Position numbers and translations under genes: made by a program | Source: Minisyncoccota bacterium | GTDB lineage: Bacteria; Verrucomicrobiota; Verrucomicrobiia; Limisphaerales; UBA8199 | Assembly: GCA_035452965.1 (NCBI GenBank) | Contig: DAOTCE010000016.1 | Coordinates: forward strand, 3,630 to 67,629 | DNA: 64,000 nucleotides | Reading direction: 5' to 3' | In this document: piece by piece, positions 17,754-26,419 of the stretch | Position numbering within the stretch: the stretch's first letter is position 1 | Layout of the letters: each line of letters opens with the position of its first letter | The notes under the pieces: generated by a model | Told to the model about the DNA's origin: nothing | Database searches by the model: none | Seen by the model: the letters and a program-made list of their open reading frames with translations, nothing else

Positions 17754-18767
17754 ATGATGAACATCTTCCTGGTTGCAATTCTGTCTGCGTTGGTCCTGCC
17801 CCTGACCGCTCAAACCGCCAAGCCCGTTGTCATCGCGCATCGTGGCGCCAGCGGCTACCTGCCTGAGCACACCCTCGAAGCCAAGGTGCTGGCCCACGCA
17901 ATGGGCGCGGACTTCATCGAGCAGGATGTCGTGCTTACGAAAGATGACGTGCCCATCGTGATGCATGATATCCAGTTGGACAACATCAGCGACGTGGCCC
18001 AGCGGTTTCCCGAGCGCAAGCGGCAAAACGGGCGCTACTACGCCCTGGATTTCACCATCGCGGAACTCAAGCAACTCCGCGCCAATGAGCGACTTAATCC
18101 CAAGACTGGCAAGGCCTACTATCCGAATCGCTTTCCCATGAACCGCTCGTCATTTCAGATTTCGACGCTGGAGGAGGAACTGCAGCTGATCCAGGGGCTC
18201 AACATGACCTGCGGCCGCGTGGCGGGTATTTATCCCGAGATCAAGCAAGCCGCCTGGCATCGCAAAGAAGGTCACGACATTAGCCGCATCGTGCTCCCGA
18301 TCCTGCGGCGGTACGGGTACGCGACCAAACAAGATCCATGCTGGATTCAGTGCTTCGAGGCCGACGAGGTCAAACGGATTCGGACCGAGTTGGCCTGGGA
18401 AGGGCACCTTCTCCTGCTGCTGCAAGCGAACAGGAAGAATCCGGACGGCAGCAATCGGGAAGCCTGGTTCACGCCCGCGGGCATGGCAGAGCTGGCGCGG
18501 TTCGCAGACGGCATTGGCCCGGAGCTCAGCGCGATCGTGTCAGGCAAGTCAAAGGCCGACTGCCAGGTCTCCGACTTCGTCAAGAACGCCCACGCGGCAA
18601 AGCTAACCGTCCACCCCTATACTCTGCGCGCTGATGATCTGCCGAAATTCGCCGACTCAATGGACGACGCGCTTGAAATCCTCTTCGTCCAGGCCAAGTT
18701 AGATGGCCTTTTCACCGATTTCCCCGATCTGACCGTGCAATGGCTGCGCCGACGAGGAATGCACTGA
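17754..18767 (+). CDS. glpQ: periplasmic glycerophosphodiester phosphodiesterase
   Basis: Signal peptide MMNIFLVAILSALVLPLTAQT followed by the GDPD motif VVIAHRGASGYLPEHT. Confidence 0.85.
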   Translation: MMNIFLVAILSALVLPLTAQTAKPVVIAHRGASGYLPEHTLEAKVLAHAMGADFIEQDVVLTKDDVPIVMHDIQLDNISDVAQRFPERKRQNGRYYALDFTIAELKQLRANERLNPKTGKAYYPNRFPMNRSSFQISTLEEELQLIQGLNMTCGRVAGIYPEIKQAAWHRKEGHDISRIVLPILRRYGYATKQDPCWIQCFEADEVKRIRTELAWEGHLLLLLQANRKNPDGSNREAWFTPAGMAELARFADGIGPELSAIVSGKSKADCQVSDFVKNAHAAKLTVHPYTLRADDLPKFADSMDDALEILFVQAKLDGLFTDFPDLTVQWLRRRGMH

Positions 18768-18804
18768 AGCCCGCGAGACCTATCGAATCCTAGGCAAGAG
18801 CACG

Positions 18805-19116
18805 GTGAACCACGACGATTACGTCAGCGGACGCCAGTTCCGGGACGCGGTCGCGTATTCTTTCTATCCGATTGATCTCCACGACGAGCACGGCGTTCGT
18901 CCCAAGCCGCTGGCTGACGGCGTGGTCCCCACCCTCCCGATGGGAGCATTGATTCCGAGGGGCAGCCGCAACCTGGTCGTGGCGGGACGTTGCGTGAGCA
19001 GTGACCGCCTGGTCAATTCGGCGCTCCGCTTGCCGGGCTCGTGCATGGCGATGGGTCAGGCCGCAGGCGCTGCCGCCGCCCTCGTCGAACACGGGGCAAT
19101 CGTCCCTGCGATTTAA
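18805..19116 (+). pseudogene. 3'-terminal remnant of an FAD-dependent oxidoreductase gene (about 100 codons)
   Basis: The sequence FYPIDLHDEHG ... LIPRGSRNLVVAGRCVSSDRLVNSALRLPGSCMAMGQAAGAAAAL looks like the C-terminal end of FAD_oxidored-type proteins, which are normally more than 400 aa. The reading frame opens only at 18733, inside the 3' end of glpQ, so there is no room for the N-terminal Rossmann part. Confidence 0.5.
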
Positions 19117-19151
19117 GGCGGTTGCCGCAGCGTCACCCGAACACGGGCACG

Positions 19152-20285
19152 CTAAATCAGCTTCTTGAGCCTTGGGTCCGCGGCCAGCCGCTTGACCAAC
19201 TCCTTGACCTTTTGCGACTGGCTCTTGTGCGCCAGAAGGGTGGCGTCATCGGTCTGCACCAGGATGGAATCCCGCAGCCCCACGACGGCAATTGGCGTAC
19301 GCCGCTCCTTGCTTCGCGCGTCGAAGATGATGTTCCGCGCGCCGTCAACGTGAAGGAAATCAGCCACGGCACAGTTGCCCTCCGGGTCAGCCTTGAGGTG
19401 CCGGCCCAGCGCGGTCCAGGAGCCAAGGTCGTCCCACTCAAAGGCGCCGTCGGCTACAATGACATTCTGCGCATGCTCCATCAGGGCGTAGTCAATGGAG
19501 ATGCGTTTCAGCTCCGGATATTCCTTCGCGAGGACCTTGTTCAGCCTGGCGGGGTTGGCTCCCACTTTGAACCAGCGTTGGCAGGCCTGATACATATCCG
19601 GCTGGTGCTTTTGCAGGCCCTCGGTGATGGTGACGAATGACCAGATGAACATGCCCGCGTTCCAGCGGTATTGGCCGCTGTTGAGGTATTCGAGCGCCCG
19701 GTCGAAATGAGGTTTCTCCACAAACTGCTCGGCGCGGTGGAACGGCGTCCTGTAGGACTTCACCCCCTGCGGCGGCGGCAGAGTCTCACCAACGCGGATG
19801 TACCCGTAGCCCGTGGCCGGTTCGGTGGGCTTGATGCCGATGGTGATGATGGCCTGCCCACGGCTCGCAAGGTCAAAGGCGTCCCCCAGAACCTGTTGGA
19901 ACTTCTTTTCCTCAGGAATGACGTGGTCGGCCGGAAGCACCGCCATAACGCCAGTGGTCGAGCGCGCTCCAACCAGCGCGGCCCCTAGTGTCACCGCCGC
20001 GCAGGTATCGCGGCCAATTGGCTCGGCGATGACATTCTCCTTAGGCAACTTCGGCAATTGTTTGCGCACCTCGGGTGCCTGGACCTCGTTGGTGATGATT
20101 AGGATGTTTTTGATGGGCACCAGTGGCAGCACGCGATCAACGGCCTGCTGGAGGAATGACCGGCCGCCCAGTAGCGTGAGGAGTTGCTTGGGCCGCTTCT
20201 CGCGGCTGACCGGCCAGAAGCGCTCGCCGCGCCCGCCCGCCATGATGATTACGAAACGTTCGTTGGTTTTTGGTTTGGCTTTCAT
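19152..20285 (-). CDS. mannose-1-phosphate guanylyltransferase (nucleotidyltransferase-only type)
   Basis: ORF 19152..20324 with ATG at 20285 (MKAKPKTNERFVIIMAGGRGERFWPVSREKRPKQLL). This carries the GGxGxRxWPxSR motif. Confidence 0.8.
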   Translation of the reverse strand: MKAKPKTNERFVIIMAGGRGERFWPVSREKRPKQLLTLLGGRSFLQQAVDRVLPLVPIKNILIITNEVQAPEVRKQLPKLPKENVIAEPIGRDTCAAVTLGAALVGARSTTGVMAVLPADHVIPEEKKFQQVLGDAFDLASRGQAIITIGIKPTEPATGYGYIRVGETLPPPQGVKSYRTPFHRAEQFVEKPHFDRALEYLNSGQYRWNAGMFIWSFVTITEGLQKHQPDMYQACQRWFKVGANPARLNKVLAKEYPELKRISIDYALMEHAQNVIVADGAFEWDDLGSWTALGRHLKADPEGNCAVADFLHVDGARNIIFDARSKERRTPIAVVGLRDSILVQTDDATLLAHKSQSQKVKELVKRLAADPRLKKLI

Positions 20286-20348
20286 GCTTATTTCACTGGT
20301 TTCTGCAGGCGCGCCATGCCTCAATGCGGCGTCCCTACTGTTTGAGGT

Positions 20349-21149
20349 TCATGGTTTCTTCACTGCCTGAAGGAGGCGTCTGGTGAAAGCGATGACCCGC
20401 TCGACTAACTCCGGCGCTGCACCGCACTGGGCAACCTGGTCAACGATGGCGCTGCCCACAACCACCGCCTGGGCGCTCTGTGCCACGCTACTCGCCTGCT
20501 CCGGCGTCGAGATGCCGAAGCCGACGGCAACAGGCAAGTCAGTGTGCGCTCGGATCTTCGCGGTCATCTGCGTAATCGTATTGGAGACCTTCTCTTGCAT
20601 GCCAGTAACGCCCTCGCGCGAAACGTAGTATATGAAACCCGTGCCGCGCTTGACGATCAACTCCATCCGATCGTCCGGCGTTGTCGGCGCCACCAGATAG
20701 ATGTTGCACAGCCCCGCCTGGCGCATGAACGCTTCGTAGTCGTCGCTCTCCTCCGGCGGCAAATCCAGCACCAGCAATCCGTCCACCCCCGCCCGCGCTG
20801 CATTCGCAATGAACCGCTCGACCCCGCAGCGATGGACAAGGTTGAAGTAGATGTAGAGGACAATGGGAATCTGCGACTCCCGCCGGATGGCCGCCACCGT
20901 TTCGAGCACCTTGAGCGGGGTGGTGCCGGACTCCAAGCCGCGCTGGGCCGCAAGCTGGTTGACCAAACCGTCCGCGAGCGGGTCGCTGAATGGCACCCCT
21001 AACTCCAGCACATCCACCCCCAAGCCATCGAAGGCCAGCGCCAGCCGCCGCGTGGCTTCGAGGTTCGGGTCGCCCGCGCCGATATAAACGATGAAGCCCT
21101 TCTGACCTTCCTGCCGCAGGCGGGCGAACCGTTCAACGATACGATTCAT
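20349..21149 (-). CDS. trpA: tryptophan synthase alpha chain
   Basis: 266 aa with LELGVPFSDPLADG and GFGISTPEQ. Confidence 0.9.
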   Translation of the reverse strand: MNRIVERFARLRQEGQKGFIVYIGAGDPNLEATRRLALAFDGLGVDVLELGVPFSDPLADGLVNQLAAQRGLESGTTPLKVLETVAAIRRESQIPIVLYIYFNLVHRCGVERFIANAARAGVDGLLVLDLPPEESDDYEAFMRQAGLCNIYLVAPTTPDDRMELIVKRGTGFIYYVSREGVTGMQEKVSNTITQMTAKIRAHTDLPVAVGFGISTPEQASSVAQSAQAVVVGSAIVDQVAQCGAAPELVERVIAFTRRLLQAVKKP

Positions 21150-21237
21150 TCACCCTCAGAATGCCTGAAGCGCCTTTGTAATTCAACGGTTTTGGCCGCT
21201 GCCTTCATGAGGCCGTGCCGTGCACAGCAGGTCAGCC

Positions 21238-21993
21238 CTACGCGCGATGGTGGGCCACCCAAACCAAGCGCAGTCCTTCCAACGTTAGCAGCGGGTCCAC
21301 GCGCGTGATCTCCGGCAGCTTTGAGGCAAGCAGCCGCGCATAACCGCCCGTGGCCACCACCGGCAGCCGACGCGCCTTGAGTCCACGCTTCAGCTCCGCG
21401 ATCAGTTCCCGCACCAACCCCCGGTAGCCGTAGACAGCCCCCACGAGCATCGCCTGCTCGGTGCTCTTGCCGATAGGGTTCCTGACGTCGCGAATCCGGA
21501 TGCGCGGCAGCAGCGCTGTCTTCTCGTGCAGGTAATCGGTCATCGCCGCCAGTCCGGGCGCGATAACGCCCCCCACGTAGTCACCCCGCCGGTTCACCAC
21601 GTCGATCGTCACCGCCGTCCCGAAATCCACCACCACCACCGGGGCGCCAAAGCGCGCGCGCGCCGCCACCGCGTTCGCCAGCCGGTCCGGCCCGATGGTC
21701 CGCGGGCGCGGGTAATCAATACCAACACCCCGCAGTGTCTCCGGTGTCAGCTCCAGGCACCGCGCGTGCCACATGTGCTTCACCATTTCGTGCGCCAGCG
21801 GCGTGGCCATCGGCACGACGCTGCAAACAACCGCCCCTTTGATCCACGTGCGGCCGGTGAGATTGACTACTCCTTTCAGCGCCGTGTTATGAAACCAGGC
21901 GGCAGTCGGCATGTCCGCCTGTTTCACCACGCGCCGGGCATTCGCCAGCCCGAGGTGGGTGTTCGTGTTCCCGATATCGAACAGCAGGATCAT
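21238..21993 (-). CDS. coaX: type III pantothenate kinase
   Basis: MILLFDIGNTNTHLGL start, 251 aa, overlaps the birA stop by 4 nt. Confidence 0.9.
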   Translation of the reverse strand: MILLFDIGNTNTHLGLANARRVVKQADMPTAAWFHNTALKGVVNLTGRTWIKGAVVCSVVPMATPLAHEMVKHMWHARCLELTPETLRGVGIDYPRPRTIGPDRLANAVAARARFGAPVVVVDFGTAVTIDVVNRRGDYVGGVIAPGLAAMTDYLHEKTALLPRIRIRDVRNPIGKSTEQAMLVGAVYGYRGLVRELIAELKRGLKARRLPVVATGGYARLLASKLPEITRVDPLLTLEGLRLVWVAHHRA

Positions 21994-22970
21994 TTCTCCA
22001 CTCTCACATCTCCCCCCACCACGCGTTCCAGCCGGCCATGCTCCGTGCGCAGCAGCAGCTCGCCGTCCTCGCCCAGAGCCTCCGCACGACCGCGCATCCG
22101 ACGTTCGCCCATACTAATAACCACTTCGTGGCCGATGGTCGTGCCGTGCTCCTCCCACTCGTCCGCCAGCGCCCCGAATTCGCTCGATCCCACCCGCGCG
22201 TAATCGCGATCCAACTCGCGCAGGATCGCCACCGCCAGGTCCGGCCGCGAAACCGCCTTGCCCAGCTCGGCCTTCAGCGACGTTGCCACCTTGCGCAACT
22301 CGGGCGGAAAGTCGGACGGGCTGAGGTTCACATCCACGCCAATGCCGAGGATGACATACTTGATGTGGTCCAGCTCGGCGCTCAGTTCCGTCAGGATGCC
22401 CGCCGCCTTGCGCCCGTTAACCAGAATGTCGTTGGGCCACTTGATCCTCGCCCTTAAACCCGTCTGCCCCTCGATAGCCCGGCGCAGCGCCGTCGCTGAG
22501 GCGATGGTCAACCGCGTGGCCTCCTGCGGCCGCAGGTCAGGCTGCAGCAGCACCGAAAACCACAGGCCGCCCTTCGATGGCGACATCCACTTCCGGCCCA
22601 GCCGTCCCCGGCCCCGCGTCTGCGACTCCGCGAACACCACGACCCCCTCCTTGACGCCATCGCGCGCTAGCTTCTCGATCACGTCGTTGGTGGACGTGGT
22701 CTCCTGGAAGACGCGGATGTCCCGCCCGATCACCTTTGTCTTGCCCAAACGCGAGATTAGATCGTCGGCGTGCAACACATCCGGGGCGTGCAACAGCCGG
22801 TAGCCCCGGTGCGGGCTGGCCTCAATGTCATAGCCGAGCGAGCGCAAGTCCTCGATCCGCGCCCAGATCGCCGCGCGGCTCACCCCAAGCTCGTGGGACA
22901 GCTCCGCGCCGGAGACAGCGCTGTACTCGGCGGCGCGCAGTGCCGTCAGGATTCGAGCGTCAAGGTTCAT
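21990..22970 (-). CDS. birA: bifunctional biotin--[acetyl-CoA-carboxylase] ligase / biotin operon repressor
   Basis: N-terminal HTH, then QTRGRGRLGRKW (the BirA GRGRxGRxW motif). 326 aa. Confidence 0.9.
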   Translation of the reverse strand: MNLDARILTALRAAEYSAVSGAELSHELGVSRAAIWARIEDLRSLGYDIEASPHRGYRLLHAPDVLHADDLISRLGKTKVIGRDIRVFQETTSTNDVIEKLARDGVKEGVVVFAESQTRGRGRLGRKWMSPSKGGLWFSVLLQPDLRPQEATRLTIASATALRRAIEGQTGLRARIKWPNDILVNGRKAAGILTELSAELDHIKYVILGIGVDVNLSPSDFPPELRKVATSLKAELGKAVSRPDLAVAILRELDRDYARVGSSEFGALADEWEEHGTTIGHEVVISMGERRMRGRAEALGEDGELLLRTEHGRLERVVGGDVRVEK

Positions 22971-22982
22971 GGGAAGAGCAGC

Positions 22983-23927
22983 TCAAACCTCGAAGTCGAG
23001 CCCGATATCCACTGAACGCGCGGAATGCGTCAGCGCCCCAACTGAGATGAAATCCACCCCGGTTTCAGCGATGGCGCGAACGCCGGGCAGAGTCACGCCC
23101 CCGCTGGCCTCGGTCAGCGCGCGGTCCTTGCACTTCTGCACCGCCAGGCGCAATTGGACCAGGTTCATGTTGTCCAGCAGAATCATATCGGCGCCCGCGG
23201 CAACGGCTTGTTCGACCTGCTCCAGAGAATCGGCTTCGACCTCCACCTTAAGCTGCGGATACCTGGCCCGCGCTCGCTCGACCGCGGCGGCAATGGCGTT
23301 GGGCGACTCGTGTCTTAGCGCCGCCAGGTGGTTGTCCTTGATCAGCACCATATCAAACAGGCCGAGGCGATGATTCTTCCCGCCACCGCACGCGACCGCG
23401 TACTTTTCCAGCCGCCGCCAGCCCGGCGTGGTCTTGCGCGTGTCCAGAATCTGCGCCCGGGTGCCGCGGACAGCCTCAACGAACTGGGCGGTCAAAGTGG
23501 CAATGCCGCAGAGACGCTGCAGGAAGTTGAGCGCGACGCGTTCGCCACTGAGCAAAGCACGGGTCGGACCGGAAATTTCCAGGATAGGCTTGCCTTCCGC
23601 CAACCGCTGGCCGTCCTCGGCAAGGCGGGCAATCTTCACCGAAGCAGACAACGCTTGAAATGCGCCTTCGGCCAGGGCCAAGCCTGCCACCACCAGCGAC
23701 TCGCGCGCTCTCATCGCCGCCTTGGCCTTGGCGGTTTCCGGCACAGTCGCCAGCGTCGTCACATCTCCGCTGCCTATGTCCTCCGCCAGAGCGGGCATGA
23801 CCACGCGATGAATCTCATCTGCCAACCACGGTTCCACGCCAGCAAGATGGAGGAAAGCAAGGGAAAGCAAAAGCCCGTAGTTGCGGGCATCAACAAGACC
23901 TTTGACGAGAGCGGCCTGGCTTCGCAA
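22983..23927 (-). CDS. nadC: nicotinate-nucleotide diphosphorylase (carboxylating)
   Basis: ALAEDIGSGDVTT, ILLDNM and the TIM-barrel C-terminus. The start is uncertain: TTG 23927, GTG 23837 or ATG 23798. The longest form would leave only 9 nt to the divergent SGNH gene. Confidence 0.85.
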   Translation of the reverse strand: MRSQAALVKGLVDARNYGLLLSLAFLHLAGVEPWLADEIHRVVMPALAEDIGSGDVTTLATVPETAKAKAAMRARESLVVAGLALAEGAFQALSASVKIARLAEDGQRLAEGKPILEISGPTRALLSGERVALNFLQRLCGIATLTAQFVEAVRGTRAQILDTRKTTPGWRRLEKYAVACGGGKNHRLGLFDMVLIKDNHLAALRHESPNAIAAAVERARARYPQLKVEVEADSLEQVEQAVAAGADMILLDNMNLVQLRLAVQKCKDRALTEASGGVTLPGVRAIAETGVDFISVGALTHSARSVDIGLDFEV

Positions 23928-23936
23928 TATCGGCTG

Positions 23937-24668
23937 ATGCGCACGCGTTTTGTTTGGTCAAGCACGTGGCTGGCCCTGGCAATGTGGGCCAGCCTGAGCT
24001 GCGGTCTGTTCGCTCAAACCACCCCGGCTGGCAAGCAACCGCCGGAGGTGCGTTGGGCGAAAGCGATCGGCGACTTCGAGGCGGCTGATCGAACAAATCC
24101 ACCACCAAAGGATGGGGTGCTGTTTATCGGCAGTTCCAGCATCCGACGTTGGACGAACATCGCTTCGGCCTTCCCGGGACACAAAGTCATCAACCGCGGC
24201 TTCGGCGGGTCTCAACTGGCGGATTCAGTTGCGTTCGCGGGCCGGATTGTCACGCCCTACAGGCCGAGACTGGTCCTGCTTTATGCGGGAGACAACGACA
24301 TCGCGGGCGGCAAATCGCCGGAGACAGTCCTGGCCGATTTCAAGGCGTTTGTGGGGAAGATCCATGCGGCGCTGCCGCGCACGCGGATAGGCTACATTGC
24401 AATCAAGCCGTGTCCGTCGAGGGAGAGATTCCTGGATCAGGTCAGGAAAACCAATCGGCTCATCCGGGACCACTGCGGCACAGATGAGCGGCTGGTCTTC
24501 GCGGATGTGTTCACACCAATGTTGACCGCCGAGGGCAAGCCACGGGCAGATTTGTGCGTCAAAGACATGCTTCATCTCAATGAGCAAGGTTACGAACTCT
24601 GGGCCTCGGTCCTCCGGCCGTTGGTGGACAAGTATGCGGGACCGGGAGGCGGCGGCAGCCAGCCTTGA
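23937..24668 (+). CDS. secreted SGNH/GDSL-family hydrolase
   Basis: ORF 23328..24668. I prefer ATG 23937 (MRTRFVWSSTWLALAMWASLSCGLFAQT signal). SGNH blocks: FIGSSSIRRW, GFGGSQ, LYAGDNDI, DMLHLN. Confidence 0.75.
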   Translation: MRTRFVWSSTWLALAMWASLSCGLFAQTTPAGKQPPEVRWAKAIGDFEAADRTNPPPKDGVLFIGSSSIRRWTNIASAFPGHKVINRGFGGSQLADSVAFAGRIVTPYRPRLVLLYAGDNDIAGGKSPETVLADFKAFVGKIHAALPRTRIGYIAIKPCPSRERFLDQVRKTNRLIRDHCGTDERLVFADVFTPMLTAEGKPRADLCVKDMLHLNEQGYELWASVLRPLVDKYAGPGGGGSQP

Positions 24669-24689
24669 GCCAGCGGGAACACGCGGCTT

Positions 24690-25373
24690 ATGGGCGTTGG
24701 CGGCATCATTTTCATCCTCGGCCTGTTCTTGCTGCTGGTCATCGCCGGGGCCATTTATTCAACCATTGCCGCGCGGAAGCGGCGCGAGGAGCTGCTCGAA
24801 TTCGCTACCCGGCTGGGGCTGGATTTCCGCCCTGGCAATGATTACGAACTGGCGAAACGCTTTGGCTTTCTCAACAAGCTTGCCCAGGGCAGCAACCGTT
24901 ACGCCTTCAATGTGCTCTCCGGCGGCTACCGGCAGAACCAGGTGCTGGTGTTCGATTACCACTACGAGACGCACTCCACCGATTCGAAGGGCCATCGGCG
25001 CACGCACCATCACTACTTCTCGTTCTTTATCCTGCTTCTGCCGGTGAGTTTTCCGGAGCTGAAGGTCACGCGCGAAGGCTTGCTTTCCAAATTCGCCCAG
25101 GCGCTCGGATATGACGACATTGACTTCGAGTCGGCAGAGTTCTCGCACGAGTTCTGCGTGCGGTCCAAGGACCGGAAGTTTGCTTATGACGTCTGCAACG
25201 CGCAGATGATGGAATACCTGTTGGCCAACCGCGACCTGAGCCTTGAAATCGAAGACTCTGCCCTGGCGCTGGCGTTCGATAAGCGCCTCTCCGCCGCGCA
25301 GATCGAAGGCAACCTCCAGCGGCTGCTCGAGATTCGGTTGCGCCTGCCCGATTATTTGTTTACCAAGACCTGA
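24690..25373 (+). CDS. membrane-anchored hypothetical protein, DUF3137-like (recollection only)
   Basis: N-terminal TM GIIFILGLFLLLVIAGAIY. The segment IDFESAEFSHEFCVRSKDRKFAYDVCNAQMMEYLL resembles the DUF3137 core. Its stop overlaps the lemA start (TGATG). Confidence 0.4.
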   Translation: MGVGGIIFILGLFLLLVIAGAIYSTIAARKRREELLEFATRLGLDFRPGNDYELAKRFGFLNKLAQGSNRYAFNVLSGGYRQNQVLVFDYHYETHSTDSKGHRRTHHHYFSFFILLLPVSFPELKVTREGLLSKFAQALGYDDIDFESAEFSHEFCVRSKDRKFAYDVCNAQMMEYLLANRDLSLEIEDSALALAFDKRLSAAQIEGNLQRLLEIRLRLPDYLFTKT

Positions 25374-25936
25374 TGATGGCGGCGTTGATCATGTTGTTCC
25401 TGATCGTGTTGTTGCCGGTGGTCTGGGTCATCGTGCAATACAACTGGCTGGTCAGCCTGCGCAACTACATCAGCGAGTCCTGGAGCAACGTGGACACCGA
25501 ACTCAACCGCCGCTACGACCTGATCCCCAACCTGGTCGCCACGGTCAAAGGCTATGCCGCGCACGAGAAAGAGGTGCTGGAACGGGTCACGGAGCTGCGC
25601 GCGCGCTGCGTGTCCAACCACGGCTCGCCCGGCGACCAGGCTAAAGACGAGGTCCAGCTCGTGGACGCCTTGAAACACTTGCTGGTGCTGGTGGAAAGCT
25701 ACCCCCAGCTCAAGGCCGACCAGCACTTCCTCAAGCTGCAGCAGGAGTTGATTACGACTGAAAACCGCATTCAGGCCGCCCGCAGGTTCTACAACGGGAA
25801 CGTGCGCGCCTACCGCAACAAGTGCGAAACCTTCCCCAGCAATTTGGTGGCACAGGTGTTCGGCTTTCAGTCACACGAATTCTTCAGCGTGCCCCCCTCC
25901 GTCAGGGAAGTCCCGGACTCTGAGTTTGCGCAATAG
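25373..25936 (+). CDS. lemA: LemA family protein
   Basis: N-terminal TM followed by YNWLVSLRNYISESWSNVDTELNRRYDLIPNLV ... RRFYNGNVRAYRNKCETFPSNLVA, typical of LemA. Confidence 0.85.
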   Translation: MMAALIMLFLIVLLPVVWVIVQYNWLVSLRNYISESWSNVDTELNRRYDLIPNLVATVKGYAAHEKEVLERVTELRARCVSNHGSPGDQAKDEVQLVDALKHLLVLVESYPQLKADQHFLKLQQELITTENRIQAARRFYNGNVRAYRNKCETFPSNLVAQVFGFQSHEFFSVPPSVREVPDSEFAQ

Positions 25937-26164
25937 CACCTGCTTGGGAACGGGTGTATGTCTCCCCAAGCCCACGACTCCAACCGCGTGATTTAGCGAA
26001 TCCAACCTGACCAGTATCGGCTAGCCTGATCTCACCGGGCAGGGCGGCTCAAGACCTGCGCCAGAAGTCGGGTGTATCCAGCCAAGTCCACCCCCGGCCG
26101 TCCCAACTACTGGCTCCCCCCACCCCCCTGGCCTGAACCACCCATCGCCCAAGCTAACTACGGC

Positions 26165-26268
26165 ATTGGGACGGTGCCAATCCGGCGGGATCCCGGTGTG
26201 GTTCCCATGGGGGTCGGGCCCCATGGGAACCACACCGGGGTATAACGGGTGTCACAACGTTGTCGCAC
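26165..26268. repeat. copy 2 of the dispersed palindromic element (104-nt unit; 21-bp-stem core at 26192..26239)
   Basis: The core is CCCGGTGTGGTTCCCATGGGG gtcggg CCCCATGGGAACCACACCGGG. The flanks align with the reverse complement of 47377..47480 (84/104 identical by my hand alignment). Confidence 0.9.
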
Positions 26269-26419
26269 CGGGGCGGCTATTCGGCCCAAGAATAGGGGTT
26301 TGCGGCAGCAAGACAGCAAGCCAAGCTCAAGCTGCGCGGGCAAGTTCACCTTCCTCCCAAGAGCCCCGCGCTCTATATTCTGCTTGTCTGCGCGCGAGAC
26401 TCCGCGTAGTAGCAATACC

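Noticed and set aside
18733-19151. Mobile-element insertion as the explanation for the FAD-oxidoreductase fragment
   Set aside because: I could find no transposase, integrase, inverted terminal repeats or direct repeats flanking the fragment. A simple deletion or rearrangement scar is the more economical reading.
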